64,000 nucleotides of DNA from an uncultured Nitrospiraceae bacterium (GCA_963846575.1 CAWJWJ010000002.1:2144001-2208000), one strand, 5' to 3'. Positions 18,082 through 29,044 are shown, counted from the first letter of the stretch. Notes: a model not told the origin generated them from the letters alone. Translations and numbers: made by a program.

Positions 18082-18870
18082 CTATTCTTTGGCCATTATG
18101 TGATCGACGTGGCGAAAATGCCCCGGCTGGAGCATGAGGTAGTTCACAGACCAATGACCCTTAGGTCTTCGACGCAGATCTTTCCCATCAAAGAAGAATA
18201 TTTCATATCCATAGTTCCGCATAATACTAAACAGTTGGTGCGGTGGGGTTCCTTCAGCATCCGGATCCCCTCCTACCTCCATCAGCCACGCCGGTCTAGA
18301 CTGCTCAAAGAATCTTGCAGCCCCCTTGATCACAGCGAGCTCATGTCCCTCAACATCGCACTTAATGAATGTGATCTTGGTGGCCACGTCGAGAAATTGC
18401 GAGTCCAAAGATCTCATGGGGACATTGTAGGTCCCCTGTCCGCTACAAGCCTCATTCTCTTTGGGCTCGATCTGTGCCCGATAAAAGTTGTTTCCGCCAT
18501 ACGCATGTTGTGGAACCCGCATGATGGCCATTCCATCGACGCTCGACATCGCGTAATTCAAAGGGAGAACATTCGCGAGCCGGAGCTTTCGGACAACACC
18601 ACTCAAAACTTGAAAGGTATCTGGTATTGGCTCGATGCTGTATACCTTTCCACTTGGACCCACCGACGAAGAAAGCACATTCGTGTACCACCCGAAGTTC
18701 GCACCCATATCGATCACAGTATCACCAGGCTGCACAAGTGCTTTAACAGGCACTACATCGGTTTCCCAAAACGTTTTTACGTCACCCGCATAGTACTGCT
18801 TCTTGACCCATGTCAGAACAGGCAGAGGAAGAGCATTAGCTGCGAGGAGCCTGATTAGATATTTGGACAA
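18082..18870 (-). CDS. FkbM-family methyltransferase
   Basis: DMGANFG, IEP, FIKCDVEGHE. Confidence 0.9.
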   Translation of the reverse strand: MSKYLIRLLAANALPLPVLTWVKKQYYAGDVKTFWETDVVPVKALVQPGDTVIDMGANFGWYTNVLSSSVGPSGKVYSIEPIPDTFQVLSGVVRKLRLANVLPLNYAMSSVDGMAIMRVPQHAYGGNNFYRAQIEPKENEACSGQGTYNVPMRSLDSQFLDVATKITFIKCDVEGHELAVIKGAARFFEQSRPAWLMEVGGDPDAEGTPPHQLFSIMRNYGYEIFFFDGKDLRRRPKGHWSVNYLMLQPGHFRHVDHIMAKE

Positions 18871-18966
18871 GGCGATGCTCCTCTTAACATTTCATTGCAT
18901 GGTGGATAAGCGAGGACTGAATCTGAACTATTGACACAAACGTGATTCAGCAGCTCAACGGTCGGC

Positions 18967-20118
18967 TCAACTGAGCAAGGCTTGATACATCGCAGCAGTT
19001 CGATTCGCCATGAGGCTGGCATCGAACTCATGTTCGACTTGCCTTCGCCCCGCGAGGCCAAGCTCAACCGACTTAGGCTGATCTTGAATCATTTCTCTAA
19101 GAGCTATCGCCAGTTCGCTGGCATCGGTCGGACTCACTAATATACCTGAAACGCCTTGCGAAACGACTTCCGGAATTCCACCGACCCGGCTGGCAATCAC
19201 CGGACGGGTAAGGGCAAGGGCCTCCAACAGGACCATTGGAATTCCCTCGTGCAGAGAGGGCAACACAAAGATATCCATCATGTTGATAAAATCATACGAT
19301 TGCTCTTGGTGGCCTCCGAATATCACAGCTTGTTCCAAGCCGCGGCGTTTGACTTCTTCCTCGAGGTGCTCACGTAACGGCCCCTTCCCAATGAGAAGTA
19401 GCTTCACATTGGGGTTCGTCTCGTGCAGAATTTGCAGTGCCGCCAGTAATGTAGCATGGCCTTTGACGGGAACCAACCGTCCCACCGTTCCAACCAGAAC
19501 GGTCTTGTCGTCAATATTCCACTCCGTGCGCTTCAGCGATCTCTGAACAGTTACGCGAACTGCTTCCAAATCAATCCCATTGTGAATACAGACTACCCGG
19601 TCAGCCCCGTAGATCTGAACCAAGCTCCTCTCGATGTCGGAAGATACGGCGACGACCTTGTCGATGAACCACCTGGTGGCAAACCTGTCCGCAAGGGAAT
19701 AGAGGGCCATCTTCAGATTCTTAAGCCCATTGAATGGTTCAGGCATTCCATGCACCACTCTCACCACGCGTGGCACCTGCAAGCATCGCGCAACGAGGGC
19801 CCCAAGAACCGAATCTTTGTACTTGTGAGTATGAACAATGTCCGGACGGATCTGTCGCAACTGCTTCGCTACATGGTATGCAATGGTGAGGGGATTATAA
19901 TGGCTTTCTGGAATGACCGTCAGTGAAACGGGAAGCTTCCGCAGTTCATCCGCCAGCTTTCCCTCGTTAAACAAGATAACGGTCCATTCATATCCAGGAA
20001 GGCGAGCTAGATACTTCATGAGCGCAAGTAGTTGAACTTCTGCCCCGGCCCATAAGTCCCCCATAGCCAGATGGCAGACCTTTATCGTAGAGGCCCGCTT
20101 CGAGGGCTCAGGCATCAC
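18967..20118 (-). CDS. Glycosyltransferase family 4
   Basis: AGAE, IHNGID, VGRLVPVKG, PSLHEGIPMVLLEA. Confidence 0.92.
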   Translation of the reverse strand: MMPEPSKRASTIKVCHLAMGDLWAGAEVQLLALMKYLARLPGYEWTVILFNEGKLADELRKLPVSLTVIPESHYNPLTIAYHVAKQLRQIRPDIVHTHKYKDSVLGALVARCLQVPRVVRVVHGMPEPFNGLKNLKMALYSLADRFATRWFIDKVVAVSSDIERSLVQIYGADRVVCIHNGIDLEAVRVTVQRSLKRTEWNIDDKTVLVGTVGRLVPVKGHATLLAALQILHETNPNVKLLLIGKGPLREHLEEEVKRRGLEQAVIFGGHQEQSYDFINMMDIFVLPSLHEGIPMVLLEALALTRPVIASRVGGIPEVVSQGVSGILVSPTDASELAIALREMIQDQPKSVELGLAGRRQVEHEFDASLMANRTAAMYQALLS

Positions 20119-20187
20119 GCTTCATCTGATCCATATGCGCACAAGGTCCGACCATATATACAATGACTATCCCGCCCGCGAAGCGGC

Positions 20188-21312
20188 TCACCGACAGGAT
20201 CGTAGGCATCCATCGTACAGAGTTTCATAGGCTCGCGCCATGGTGCGTAAACTGAATTGTCCTTCTGCGCGATGCTTACCGCGTTCCGCAAACTTCATTG
20301 CCTGCTCCCTATCTACCAGCAATTTTGTCACGCTCTCTGCTAAGGCCCTGCTGTCTCGGGGAGAAACGAGAAATCCTGTCTCTCCGTCGAGGACGAGTTC
20401 AGGATTGCCGCCCACGTTAGTCGCCACCACAGGTTTCTCTGCAATCATCGCTTCCAGGATCGCCATTGAAAGTCCTTCTGACAGAGAAGGGAGTACAAAC
20501 ACATCGAGGAGAGCAAGTATCCTGGAGATATCCTGCCTCAGACCAAGGAAATGCACTCGCCTATCCAGGTTCAGCCGGTGAACTTGCTCCTTCAACTCAG
20601 TCTCGAGATGGCCTCTCCCGGCAAACAGAAAGGAAGTGTTCGGACATTTTTCCAATATCGAAGGGATACCATCGATCAGATACTGATGCCCCTTCACTGG
20701 GTACAGATTTCCTACAACCCCTACGATGCGATCTTGCTCGGGCAGGTCCAACTCTTTTCTAAGCAGGTCCACCTCAGTGGCTTCACAATACGGCAGTGTG
20801 TCCACCCCGTTATAGACGACCCTGAGACGATCTGGAGAAACCCCGACCTTCTCAATAACAAATTGTTTCAGGTTCTGCGATACGGCCACCATGGTTGTCC
20901 AATGACTCACACACCGATAGGCTAGGCGACGCCGGAGTTTTTCCCAGAAATAGTTTTTGCCATGGATGGTTGCAACAAGCGGAATCCCGAGGAGAGCTGC
21001 AACAAAAGCTCCTTGCACATTGGCATCGAACTCATGTGCGTGAATTAAATCCACCCGCTCTTGCTGCAAAAGCCGTTTAAATCGAACCGCCCAACGCCAG
21101 TCTGCCATGCCGGAAGTTGGAATGATATATGTACGTACGCCGCGACTTTCGCTTCGCTCCTGAATCCACCCCGGACGAAACAGACAAAGAATAGCCCGAT
21201 ACCTCTCTGGATCTAGTGAGACAGCCAAATTACTAATGACCCGCTCAGCACCGCCTGGTCCGCTGCTCGTCGACAGATATAAGATCGTTCGAACCGATTC
21301 CGTATGTGCCAT
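20188..21312 (-). CDS. Glycosyltransferase family 4
   Basis: GGAERV, VYNGVD, PSLSEGLSMAILEAM. Start moved to ATG 21312 (ORF track 21387). Confidence 0.92.
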   Translation of the reverse strand: MAHTESVRTILYLSTSSGPGGAERVISNLAVSLDPERYRAILCLFRPGWIQERSESRGVRTYIIPTSGMADWRWAVRFKRLLQQERVDLIHAHEFDANVQGAFVAALLGIPLVATIHGKNYFWEKLRRRLAYRCVSHWTTMVAVSQNLKQFVIEKVGVSPDRLRVVYNGVDTLPYCEATEVDLLRKELDLPEQDRIVGVVGNLYPVKGHQYLIDGIPSILEKCPNTSFLFAGRGHLETELKEQVHRLNLDRRVHFLGLRQDISRILALLDVFVLPSLSEGLSMAILEAMIAEKPVVATNVGGNPELVLDGETGFLVSPRDSRALAESVTKLLVDREQAMKFAERGKHRAEGQFSLRTMARAYETLYDGCLRSCR

Positions 21313-21435
21313 GTTCGTCGAACACCAGCCATCGCCCTGCGCATATACAACACAACAACGGCTTGCTTCAAGGCGCAGGAGCAGCACCGATACTGTACGC
21401 AGAAACTATCGTGGTCACCAGTGGGAACTCACGTG

Positions 21436-22797
21436 CTACCTCACAGGTCGAGGTCGCAACCAAGGCGATACCTTTGCCACACCATGACTGGCTGTGAGTA
21501 CAGGCTCAGCCGCAGCAAATCTTTGAGTCGTGTTTCTGAGCGCCACGGCAAGACCCATCATAATCCAGAAGGTTGGATAGTATAATGTAGAGATAAAGGT
21601 GCTGGTCACAAGATAGCCTAACATTCCACCCAATATTGCATTTCCATACAAAACGGCGCGCACGAGCTGAACATTTTTTATCGGATTAGGTTCCGCTGTA
21701 GGTCGAGCCGGCGAACGAGGTATTAAGTCCTTGACCCTGGTATCCCTATAATTGAAATACACCATCGACCCAAAAATAATCACTCCAACCAGTCCTAATT
21801 CCGGCAACAGCGTGAAGTACAGCGAGTGTGCCTGGCGTCCAGATAACGATTTGGTCTGCCATGTCCTTCCGGCAAGATATTCTCCAGACGTCCAGGGAAA
21901 GTTACTTTGCCCGACACCGAGAACTGGGTTTGCCAAAAACATTTCCCACCCTATGCCCCATGTAAATACCCGCTGCCCTGCGGTTCCTGTCTCCATTGTA
22001 CTGTCGTCGGTGATGGAAGCAATGCGGTCCCAATATTCCTGAGGAGCCGCAATGAGCACGAGCCCAGCTAGACAGAGACCCACCATCAACGACATGATTT
22101 TTCTGGGGGAATAAAACCAACAATATGCTCCCACCGCTAGCAACCCGAGAAAGCCCCCTCGAGAGCCAGTTGAGACCAGGGCCATCACAAACAGTCCGAG
22201 CAATGCCAGGTAGAGTGGTTTGATTCTACCTATGGCGCCCTGGTACATGAAGAATGCGACCGGAATGGCTACATTCATCTCCATTCCAAAATCGTTTTCA
22301 TCTCCCATCCAGCCCCCGACCCCGCGCCCGTGGTGCAGCAACCCATTAATCGCCAGCACCGTGTGCACCCCCAACCACATGAGGATAAGCTTGTGCATGC
22401 GGTTCGTGCTATCAACGAAAGCGACAATTCCCAAGTAGAAGAAGAAACATAATGTCATGTCTTTCAAAGTCATGAGCGCATGGTAATTGTTGTTCGCGAA
22501 TGGTACCCACAAGGCCATCACAACGAGCAGTGCCATCCATAGCTTCGTCTGCTTATTCGAAAAATTAGCCTTGCCTGCCATGAAGATCGCCGCTGCAAGA
22601 GAGACGTCAATGAGAGTTGGAATCGGGATGACTTTTAGCGGAGGAAAGAGGTCTTGGGGACGGCCAAACTCAAACAGCATGGCCATCATGACGAGGTAGA
22701 ATCCAAGCTTGGACTCTTGTTTTGCCGGTTGATGACGGGCCGAGGCTCCGAACCGCCCTCCCCCACCACCCTGAACCTTTTGAGTGGACTGTAGCAT
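21436..22797 (-). CDS. O-antigen ligase/Wzy polymerase family membrane protein
   Basis: Polytopic; GDENDFG, TGSRGGFLGL, periplasmic loop R..W, AHSLYFTLLPELGLVG. Confidence 0.88.
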   Translation of the reverse strand: MLQSTQKVQGGGGGRFGASARHQPAKQESKLGFYLVMMAMLFEFGRPQDLFPPLKVIPIPTLIDVSLAAAIFMAGKANFSNKQTKLWMALLVVMALWVPFANNNYHALMTLKDMTLCFFFYLGIVAFVDSTNRMHKLILMWLGVHTVLAINGLLHHGRGVGGWMGDENDFGMEMNVAIPVAFFMYQGAIGRIKPLYLALLGLFVMALVSTGSRGGFLGLLAVGAYCWFYSPRKIMSLMVGLCLAGLVLIAAPQEYWDRIASITDDSTMETGTAGQRVFTWGIGWEMFLANPVLGVGQSNFPWTSGEYLAGRTWQTKSLSGRQAHSLYFTLLPELGLVGVIIFGSMVYFNYRDTRVKDLIPRSPARPTAEPNPIKNVQLVRAVLYGNAILGGMLGYLVTSTFISTLYYPTFWIMMGLAVALRNTTQRFAAAEPVLTASHGVAKVSPWLRPRPVR

Positions 22798-22842
22798 TAG
22801 GTGTCTGTTTTGGCGCTCAGTTTCACGATAAATTCTGCAGAG

Positions 22843-23589
22843 TTAGTTTGCTTTCCTCAGCGCCACAATCATGTTCGTTCTAAGTGAACGGAACGGCTGC
22901 GTCATAAGCAACCGAATCCACAGTAATTCCAAGGCAGCCAAAGGCGGAAGCATGGCGAAAATCGCATCGGTCGTGATGAGGTCGAGCTGTAATACATCGA
23001 AGTTGTTCGCTTGAGCTAGCGCTTTGACTTGGGCTTCGGTATTGGCTTTGTAGTGCGTTGGAAAAACATCGTGCTCTTGTCGTCCTTCTAGCAGGTAAAT
23101 CAACTTACCCTTCAGCCATTCTGGTACGACTTTGGATAATATCACCCCGTACCCATACGCATTGGGCGTGTGAAACAAAAATATCCCTTTCGGCTTAAGA
23201 ATTCGACTGATTTCCCGGAATTGCTCATCAGGATTATCGAGATGCTCCACTACCATGTTAGCTGTCACCAAGTCGAAGGCCTCGTTTCTAAAGGGCAACT
23301 TTGTCACATCGCCACGTAGCTTCTTCGTAATATTTGGATGGGCCTTCAGTGAAGGCAGATCATAGTCGATGCCAAATATCGCTTTGCACGTCTTTACCAG
23401 TTGACGTTCTTCGTTAATTCGCCAGCTTGGGAGGATCGAATGTCCACAGCCAATTTCCACCCACTCAACTGATGGCGTAACGTACCGCTTCAGAGCCTCC
23501 TCATACCAAGACTGAGAGTATCTCAGGGTCGGTGCAATGGCCCCTCTTAGCGTCCAATAGATATTGAACAGTCGTGTCCGTACGCTCAT
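22843..23589 (-). CDS. Class I SAM-dependent methyltransferase
   Basis: EIGCG, LPFRNEAFDLV, VVEHL, RILKPKG. Confidence 0.88.
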   Translation of the reverse strand: MSVRTRLFNIYWTLRGAIAPTLRYSQSWYEEALKRYVTPSVEWVEIGCGHSILPSWRINEERQLVKTCKAIFGIDYDLPSLKAHPNITKKLRGDVTKLPFRNEAFDLVTANMVVEHLDNPDEQFREISRILKPKGIFLFHTPNAYGYGVILSKVVPEWLKGKLIYLLEGRQEHDVFPTHYKANTEAQVKALAQANNFDVLQLDLITTDAIFAMLPPLAALELLWIRLLMTQPFRSLRTNMIVALRKAN

Positions 23590-23662
23590 GTCGATGCCGG
23601 GCCTCCCTTGATGATTGCCATCTGCAGTTTATCGATCCCAAGTCGCTTAGGCTTCATACTTG

Positions 23663-24265
23663 CTAGGTTTTTGCGAGCATCTTTGCCACCAAGACATCAC
23701 AGGCCTGACGGATCATCGTAAAACAGGTCTGAAAATCTTCCAAGGTGCCGCTGTAGGGATCCGCCACCTCTCTCACCGACTGGTCGTAAAACTGTCGCAG
23801 CAGGAATACCTTGCGCCTCGCCGCGGGATATAATTTGATCACCCGTTTGCGCTGCGGCCACTCCATGACGAGAATCATATCAGCCCGTTCGATCTGTTCC
23901 TTATGTAAAGGCTGAGTGGCATGGTTGCCAATCAAAAGCCCGCTCTGTGTGCCCACCACCTGCGCAAAGTGATGGGCAGGCTTTCCAAGCGATGTTTCGA
24001 GACCGGCCGATTGAATCACAGTCGTTAAGCCATGTTTTTTGACTTGTGCTTTAAGATATGCCTCCGCGAGAGGACTTCGACAGATATTGCCCTTGCAAAT
24101 GACTAAGATAGAGTGCACCGGATTCGGAAACGTCTGTCGACTGACAAGCATGCGATAACGGAAGACATTTAGAAGAGAGCGTAACGAGCGTCTGGAGGAA
24201 CGCGCAATCTCGAAGAGTGAACCGTTGCTCACATTGATCTCTGACCGAGAGTGAATCTGTGACAT
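23663..24265 (-). CDS. Low-molecular-weight protein-tyrosine phosphatase (Wzb-like)
   Basis: P-loop CKGNICRS and the DPY general-acid motif. Confidence 0.92.
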   Translation of the reverse strand: MSQIHSRSEINVSNGSLFEIARSSRRSLRSLLNVFRYRMLVSRQTFPNPVHSILVICKGNICRSPLAEAYLKAQVKKHGLTTVIQSAGLETSLGKPAHHFAQVVGTQSGLLIGNHATQPLHKEQIERADMILVMEWPQRKRVIKLYPAARRKVFLLRQFYDQSVREVADPYSGTLEDFQTCFTMIRQACDVLVAKMLAKT

Positions 24266-24274
24266 CGAATCTCC

Positions 24275-25462
24275 CTATACCAGCTTGACGTACTGCATGA
24301 TCTCGAATCGACTGGGACCAAGGTCCTCACAATCTTCAATCTCATAAAACAGGTCTCGCTCAAAAAAGCGACAGAATGACACCACCGATTGTATTTTTGA
24401 GGGTGTCCCAGGCGGGAGATTAAGAGCGCGATCGCTCTTGCTCATACGCATTAGGAGTTGGTCGACATCACCCAACAACCATCTTGATTTGACTCCCACG
24501 CGATAATTGTTTTCAGGAACCGTCTCAGGCCTTCCCATCGCCATGTTCAGGAGGAGCAGCGGAAAGTTTATCCCCGCGTCAATGGCCAATTGCAGAGATC
24601 CCCAAAAACGCCCGTTGATTTCCATGAGCAATGGAACCTTCCCGGACGCATCTCGCTTAAATTCCACCATGGCCACGCCATGCCAGTTCACACGCTGAAG
24701 GAGCTTGAGGGTAGCCTCAACCATATCCTTGGGCAACGCGATGCTTTCGCGCAATACGCTGACTCCGCCCGACGGTGGGCGCTCGCGTATTCGCCGATGA
24801 GCAAACATGCCCAACGGCTTACCCTGCTGCATCAGGACGAACAATCCCTGACCTTCGCCGATGACCCGCCGTTGAATCAACGACGGTTGGCGCAAATATG
24901 GTCGATCACGATAGAGACGCTCGAGGTCTCCAAGGGATTCGGCGTAACAGACACTGGTCTTCGTCCATCGACCGCCTTCCTTAACCAACGAGCAGCCCGG
25001 TTTCACCACCACCGGAAATTGAGTGATTCGCTCGCGCACTTCCTCAAGTCGACCATCAGGCACAAAGATGGTCTCGGGGATGGAAACCCCCGCCTCCATC
25101 GCTTCGCGCATTAATCGGTACTTATCGGAAGTTTCCTGGAACACCTGTGAGCCAGGAGTCGGAATGCATGTGTGAGGTTCGAATCGTGCTTTTTCAGGCC
25201 CAAGCACATGCATCGCAATATCCGAGACCGGGAATAACGCGTCCACCCTATGCTCACGAGCTACGTCCACTAGACGGGTAACAAACCGCTCAGGCTGTTG
25301 ATATGGAGACGGGTAGACAATGCGGTGGCGACAATAACGCGATGAACCAGCAAGAGATCGGAGGGATTCTGCACCGACGATCACCTCAACCCGCTCTCGT
25401 CCTAGCGCCCTCGTAATCGCCAGCGCCGCTCGCTCGTTTCCGTCGGTAATAAGGACTTTCAC
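24275..25462 (-). CDS. ATP-grasp domain carboxylate-amine ligase
   Basis: PVVVKP, HRRIRERPPSGGVS, AMVEFK, MEINGRFWGS. Confidence 0.88.
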   Translation of the reverse strand: MKVLITDGNERAALAITRALGRERVEVIVGAESLRSLAGSSRYCRHRIVYPSPYQQPERFVTRLVDVAREHRVDALFPVSDIAMHVLGPEKARFEPHTCIPTPGSQVFQETSDKYRLMREAMEAGVSIPETIFVPDGRLEEVRERITQFPVVVKPGCSLVKEGGRWTKTSVCYAESLGDLERLYRDRPYLRQPSLIQRRVIGEGQGLFVLMQQGKPLGMFAHRRIRERPPSGGVSVLRESIALPKDMVEATLKLLQRVNWHGVAMVEFKRDASGKVPLLMEINGRFWGSLQLAIDAGINFPLLLLNMAMGRPETVPENNYRVGVKSRWLLGDVDQLLMRMSKSDRALNLPPGTPSKIQSVVSFCRFFERDLFYEIEDCEDLGPSRFEIMQYVKLV

Positions 25463-25513
25463 AGCTTTAGTGGTCCCACGAGACTGTCCATTGCAACCTT
25501 TTCCACATACTCC

Positions 25514-26581
25514 TTACGCCGAACCTGGCATAGGACCAAACAATCTAAACGCAAACAGAGATTGGGTACTCGTCACATCATTGTGAATTCCGACACGATT
25601 AATGGAAAATTTGTTTGTAGGTCTTCGGCCTTCGACTCCCATTTGTACCGAAACCGCTGCCTCGTACCCACAGGTCTGAACCTGGTGTTGAATGTGGACA
25701 TCGCTGTTCCCGTTGGGATAGCAAAAGACTGGCACGTAGTTCACACGCTGTCCTAGAAGAACTTCCCTGGATTTTATGAGTTCGTCCGACACTTCATCCG
25801 ATGTCACGGTGGTGAGGATACGATGGGAACATGAGTGAGATCCGAATGAGATGCCATTGGCAGACATTTCTCGCACCTCGTCCCAATTCACGATTACCCG
25901 GTGCTTCGGCAGTGGCACACGAAGCACAGACCCGAGAGCCGCTATGAGCTGCCGGATCTGTTGTATAGGCAGGTGCTTACAGCGCTCGATCATCAGGTCG
26001 ATAACCTGTGCTCGACGAGCTAATCCCTCCACAAACAGGCGATCCTCTTCGTGTAAAACAGGCGAGAGTACTCGCTCCACGGCCTGTCTATCCTCGACCT
26101 GCCCCTGGCTATCGACTCGAACGTTCTTCAATAGAAAAGACAACTGATCCGGCCAGAACCACTCATCGCGTCCCACATAGTCTGTGGGAAGAAAAATTGT
26201 GGCAGGAAGTCTTAACCGCTTCAGGATAGGGTACGCGTGGCAATAATTATCTAACCAGCCATCATCAAATGTCACCACGCAATACCGAGCCTGCTCATTC
26301 CATTTCCCTGTCTTCCACAGGCTAAGAAGCTCCCGCAACGACAAAACCGTAAAATTCGCTTTTAAAAACGACATATGTTGCGCAAAGACATTGTCGAGCA
26401 CATACATGCCCGGCTGTACAGATTGTTGATTGACCTCCGCAGTTGTCAAAACCCGGTGATACATCAGCACAACGACCTTGCCACGGTGCCGCCACCGGTA
26501 GAGCGACGACGCATACATTGCCCGAGCAATACTAGCCCGAATGTGTGCTTTGAGGTTATTGATTGCCAGCATAGCGGGCAT
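25514..26581 (-). CDS. Polysaccharide deacetylase (CE4/NodB domain)
   Basis: LMYHRV, TFDDGW, GSHSCSH, FCYPNG. Confidence 0.9.
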   Translation of the reverse strand: MPAMLAINNLKAHIRASIARAMYASSLYRWRHRGKVVVLMYHRVLTTAEVNQQSVQPGMYVLDNVFAQHMSFLKANFTVLSLRELLSLWKTGKWNEQARYCVVTFDDGWLDNYCHAYPILKRLRLPATIFLPTDYVGRDEWFWPDQLSFLLKNVRVDSQGQVEDRQAVERVLSPVLHEEDRLFVEGLARRAQVIDLMIERCKHLPIQQIRQLIAALGSVLRVPLPKHRVIVNWDEVREMSANGISFGSHSCSHRILTTVTSDEVSDELIKSREVLLGQRVNYVPVFCYPNGNSDVHIQHQVQTCGYEAAVSVQMGVEGRRPTNKFSINRVGIHNDVTSTQSLFAFRLFGPMPGSA

Positions 26582-26667
26582 GTAGGATTCTCGCTAGTGT
26601 TAAGCCCATAACGGGTTAGGACGGAAAGTTGGCACTGTTTCAGCCACCTTAAGCAAGGCCTAGAGCT

Positions 26668-27468
26668 TTACTCCGAGCGACAGTCTCCAAGTCGTTGACC
26701 TTCAAACTGGACAATCGTATACTCGCCAGAGCGACCCGCGCGATGATTCTTCCCTACTAATGCATTGGCAAGCGCCTGGCTACAGCCAGGCTTAATATTG
26801 TCGTGCAATTCGACAGCAATTACACCAATGTGATCGATCCATTTATCCGTCTCATTTTGAAATACTTCTTTTTCAGCTCCTTCTATATCAACTTTCAAGA
26901 GATCAATTCGTCGAGAATCGAAGTACTCAAATAGATCGGATACCCCAAGCCCCGCAATCGAGGCACAATCCCCGCCTGTAACCTTGCCGACTCTGAACGC
27001 CCATGGTTCGTCTGTGGGATTGAGAATGCTCAACTGCGCTTGCTCAAACCACAGAGCTTTTTGGATGCAGGTGATGTTGGGATACCCGCTGGTGTTTTTG
27101 GTCAACAGGTCAAAGTTAGCCTGATCAACCTCCAACGCCACAATTCTTGATTTTGGAAAGCGCTGGGCAAAGTACAGGGACGCCAATCCAATGTTAGCTC
27201 CCGCATCGACGATGCTTGTTGGTCCTTCGGGCATATCAAACTCTAATTCTCTTTCGATAAATATCTGTATAAACACTAATATATCAGAGGTTCCTGCCCG
27301 CAAATAAACTGGAGCACGGAGGTCTGGAACGCGCACCTTATGCAAGGCTCCTCGAGTAACTCGCATATGCTGGCGAAGCTGGAGCCACAGTCGCAACCCA
27401 GCTATGTGTCCGTACCGCCTCCGATACTTCTTACTAGCGCGCATTGCCCTGGTTATCATATTCAACAT
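26668..27468 (-). CDS. FkbM-family methyltransferase
   Basis: DAGANIG, LLKVDIEGAE, VELHD. Confidence 0.9.
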   Translation of the reverse strand: MLNMITRAMRASKKYRRRYGHIAGLRLWLQLRQHMRVTRGALHKVRVPDLRAPVYLRAGTSDILVFIQIFIERELEFDMPEGPTSIVDAGANIGLASLYFAQRFPKSRIVALEVDQANFDLLTKNTSGYPNITCIQKALWFEQAQLSILNPTDEPWAFRVGKVTGGDCASIAGLGVSDLFEYFDSRRIDLLKVDIEGAEKEVFQNETDKWIDHIGVIAVELHDNIKPGCSQALANALVGKNHRAGRSGEYTIVQFEGQRLGDCRSE

Positions 27469-27694
27469 GGAATTATTTGGTCTCTGTTAGTCTAGGTGGA
27501 GGTGCGTGCAAGGAAATTGTGAGTGAAGCGACAGAATCTGCTGACATCTCCCGGTCCTGGGACCCCGCAGGGGCCAGCTGGCATTGCACGTCACACTAAT
27601 TACCAACCATCGATGAAGCGAGTTGCTTCCCGTCTAATTCGACAGTATGGGATCCTGTCGGACGATGTCATGCATGGAAACCTGGCATGGAAGA

Positions 27695-28771
27695 TTAGGC
27701 TTCACGCGCGATGTTAAGCGTCCTCCAAACGAGGTTATCAGGCATGACGTAGGCCTTGAAGTAGTCCCAGTTATCATCCATCATTCTTTCTCTCAATTGC
27801 ACATCCTCAACCAGCTGCATAGTTTTCTGCAAACACATTTCAGGAGTTTCAAATTCAAGGTAATTTTTATTCGCTTGGAAATCTCCGGGAACCGCACACT
27901 TCAACCTCTCCGACACGATTGACTTGGAAAAAGCCACGTACTCACCCATCTTCCAACCAATTGACCCATGCAGACCAGTTGTAGCGATGCAAATCGGAAA
28001 TTGCCTGAGCATCGATAGGTAGACTTTTTTTCCTGAAACCAATGGGCTCTCCAAGAGTAAGTGCGAGTATTTTTCGACCGCATACCGTGTCTGGGAGAAT
28101 CCCCCATAAAATTTCGGCCCCAGCTCTCGACGTAGTAACTCGATACAACGGGCTCGAGTCTCATTGATTTGTGCTCTTTCAGTCTTTTCTTTCACTGATA
28201 CTGTGGCCGATTCGCCATCTGGATCCCATGCACGGGCCATAAACAGAACTCGAGCATCCTGATTTCGGACTGGTGGCGCGCACATGGTAGCAATCGTTGG
28301 AAGAAAGCTTACTGAAAAAAGCTCCGCCAGACGCGTTAGTAAGTCTTTGGGGAAATTCTTGAACAGCTGCCTGCGAAAGAGAAATCGTGAGATTTCGTAA
28401 CGGTTGAGGTTCCCTCCATACAGCTCATAGTTGAGCCCTAGCGCATGCACACGAGAGCTGTAGCATTCTGGGATTGAGGTGCGCGCATAACTCCGTTTGA
28501 AGTAGGCGTCGCATATTTCCAGGGCATCCTGACGGACATCAGAAGTATCACTAGTATCGTAGAAGATGAGTTTGTTGTCATTTAGAAAAACGAATAAGCC
28601 ATTAAGATCTTGAGGACCAAGGGCTCTCATCGACTCTAGACGCTTGTGAACGTAGTTGTGCAACCTTTGTCTCAGGCGGATTCTCCCGCGAGCAGCAAGG
28701 ATCGAGAACCCAGTGTAAATCTGAGAGACATGGGGAGAGGTGCTGTAGGCGAACAGGGTGCATGTCATCAT
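27695..28771 (-). CDS. Putative glycosyltransferase (GT-B-like) / glycan biosynthesis protein
   Basis: 358 aa; YFKRSY and GLHGSIGWKMGEY...IVSE resemble the C-terminal nucleotide-sugar binding region of GT-B enzymes; cluster context. Confidence 0.55.
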   Translation of the reverse strand: MMTCTLFAYSTSPHVSQIYTGFSILAARGRIRLRQRLHNYVHKRLESMRALGPQDLNGLFVFLNDNKLIFYDTSDTSDVRQDALEICDAYFKRSYARTSIPECYSSRVHALGLNYELYGGNLNRYEISRFLFRRQLFKNFPKDLLTRLAELFSVSFLPTIATMCAPPVRNQDARVLFMARAWDPDGESATVSVKEKTERAQINETRARCIELLRRELGPKFYGGFSQTRYAVEKYSHLLLESPLVSGKKVYLSMLRQFPICIATTGLHGSIGWKMGEYVAFSKSIVSERLKCAVPGDFQANKNYLEFETPEMCLQKTMQLVEDVQLRERMMDDNWDYFKAYVMPDNLVWRTLNIAREA

Positions 28772-29028
28772 CTCAAGCTCTAACCCAGAAGCGAATACAG
28801 AAGATTACAAACTCCCTGTCATAATCCATTCTCACGGCGCTGGCCTAGCTAGAAACTCAGAATCCTTGCACTTCTCAGCTCTGGCGAAAAGTATAGGCCC
28901 GGAAAGGTCCACTTGTAATGATTCACTTGTGCTGGCCTTCACGCCTTCCTCCTCGTCTTTAATTCTCTGACATTCCAACACGGCTATAGGTTGGAAGAGA
29001 CTGCTTTGCTGCCAGAGTGTAAGGATTG

Positions 29029-29044
29029 GTGACCGAATAACTAA
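29029..29044 (+). repeat. 16-bp direct repeat, copy 1
   Basis: GTGACCGAATAACTAA, identical to 34789-34804. Confidence 0.5.

Noticed and set aside
17890..18858. 322-aa plus-strand ORF (similarly 59870-60682 and 41323-41973)
   Set aside because: Antisense to well-supported genes; no motifs.
26630..26644. TGGCAC-TGTTT-CAGC sigma-54-like box
   Set aside because: On the plus strand, pointing against all neighbouring genes, with a poor -12 element.
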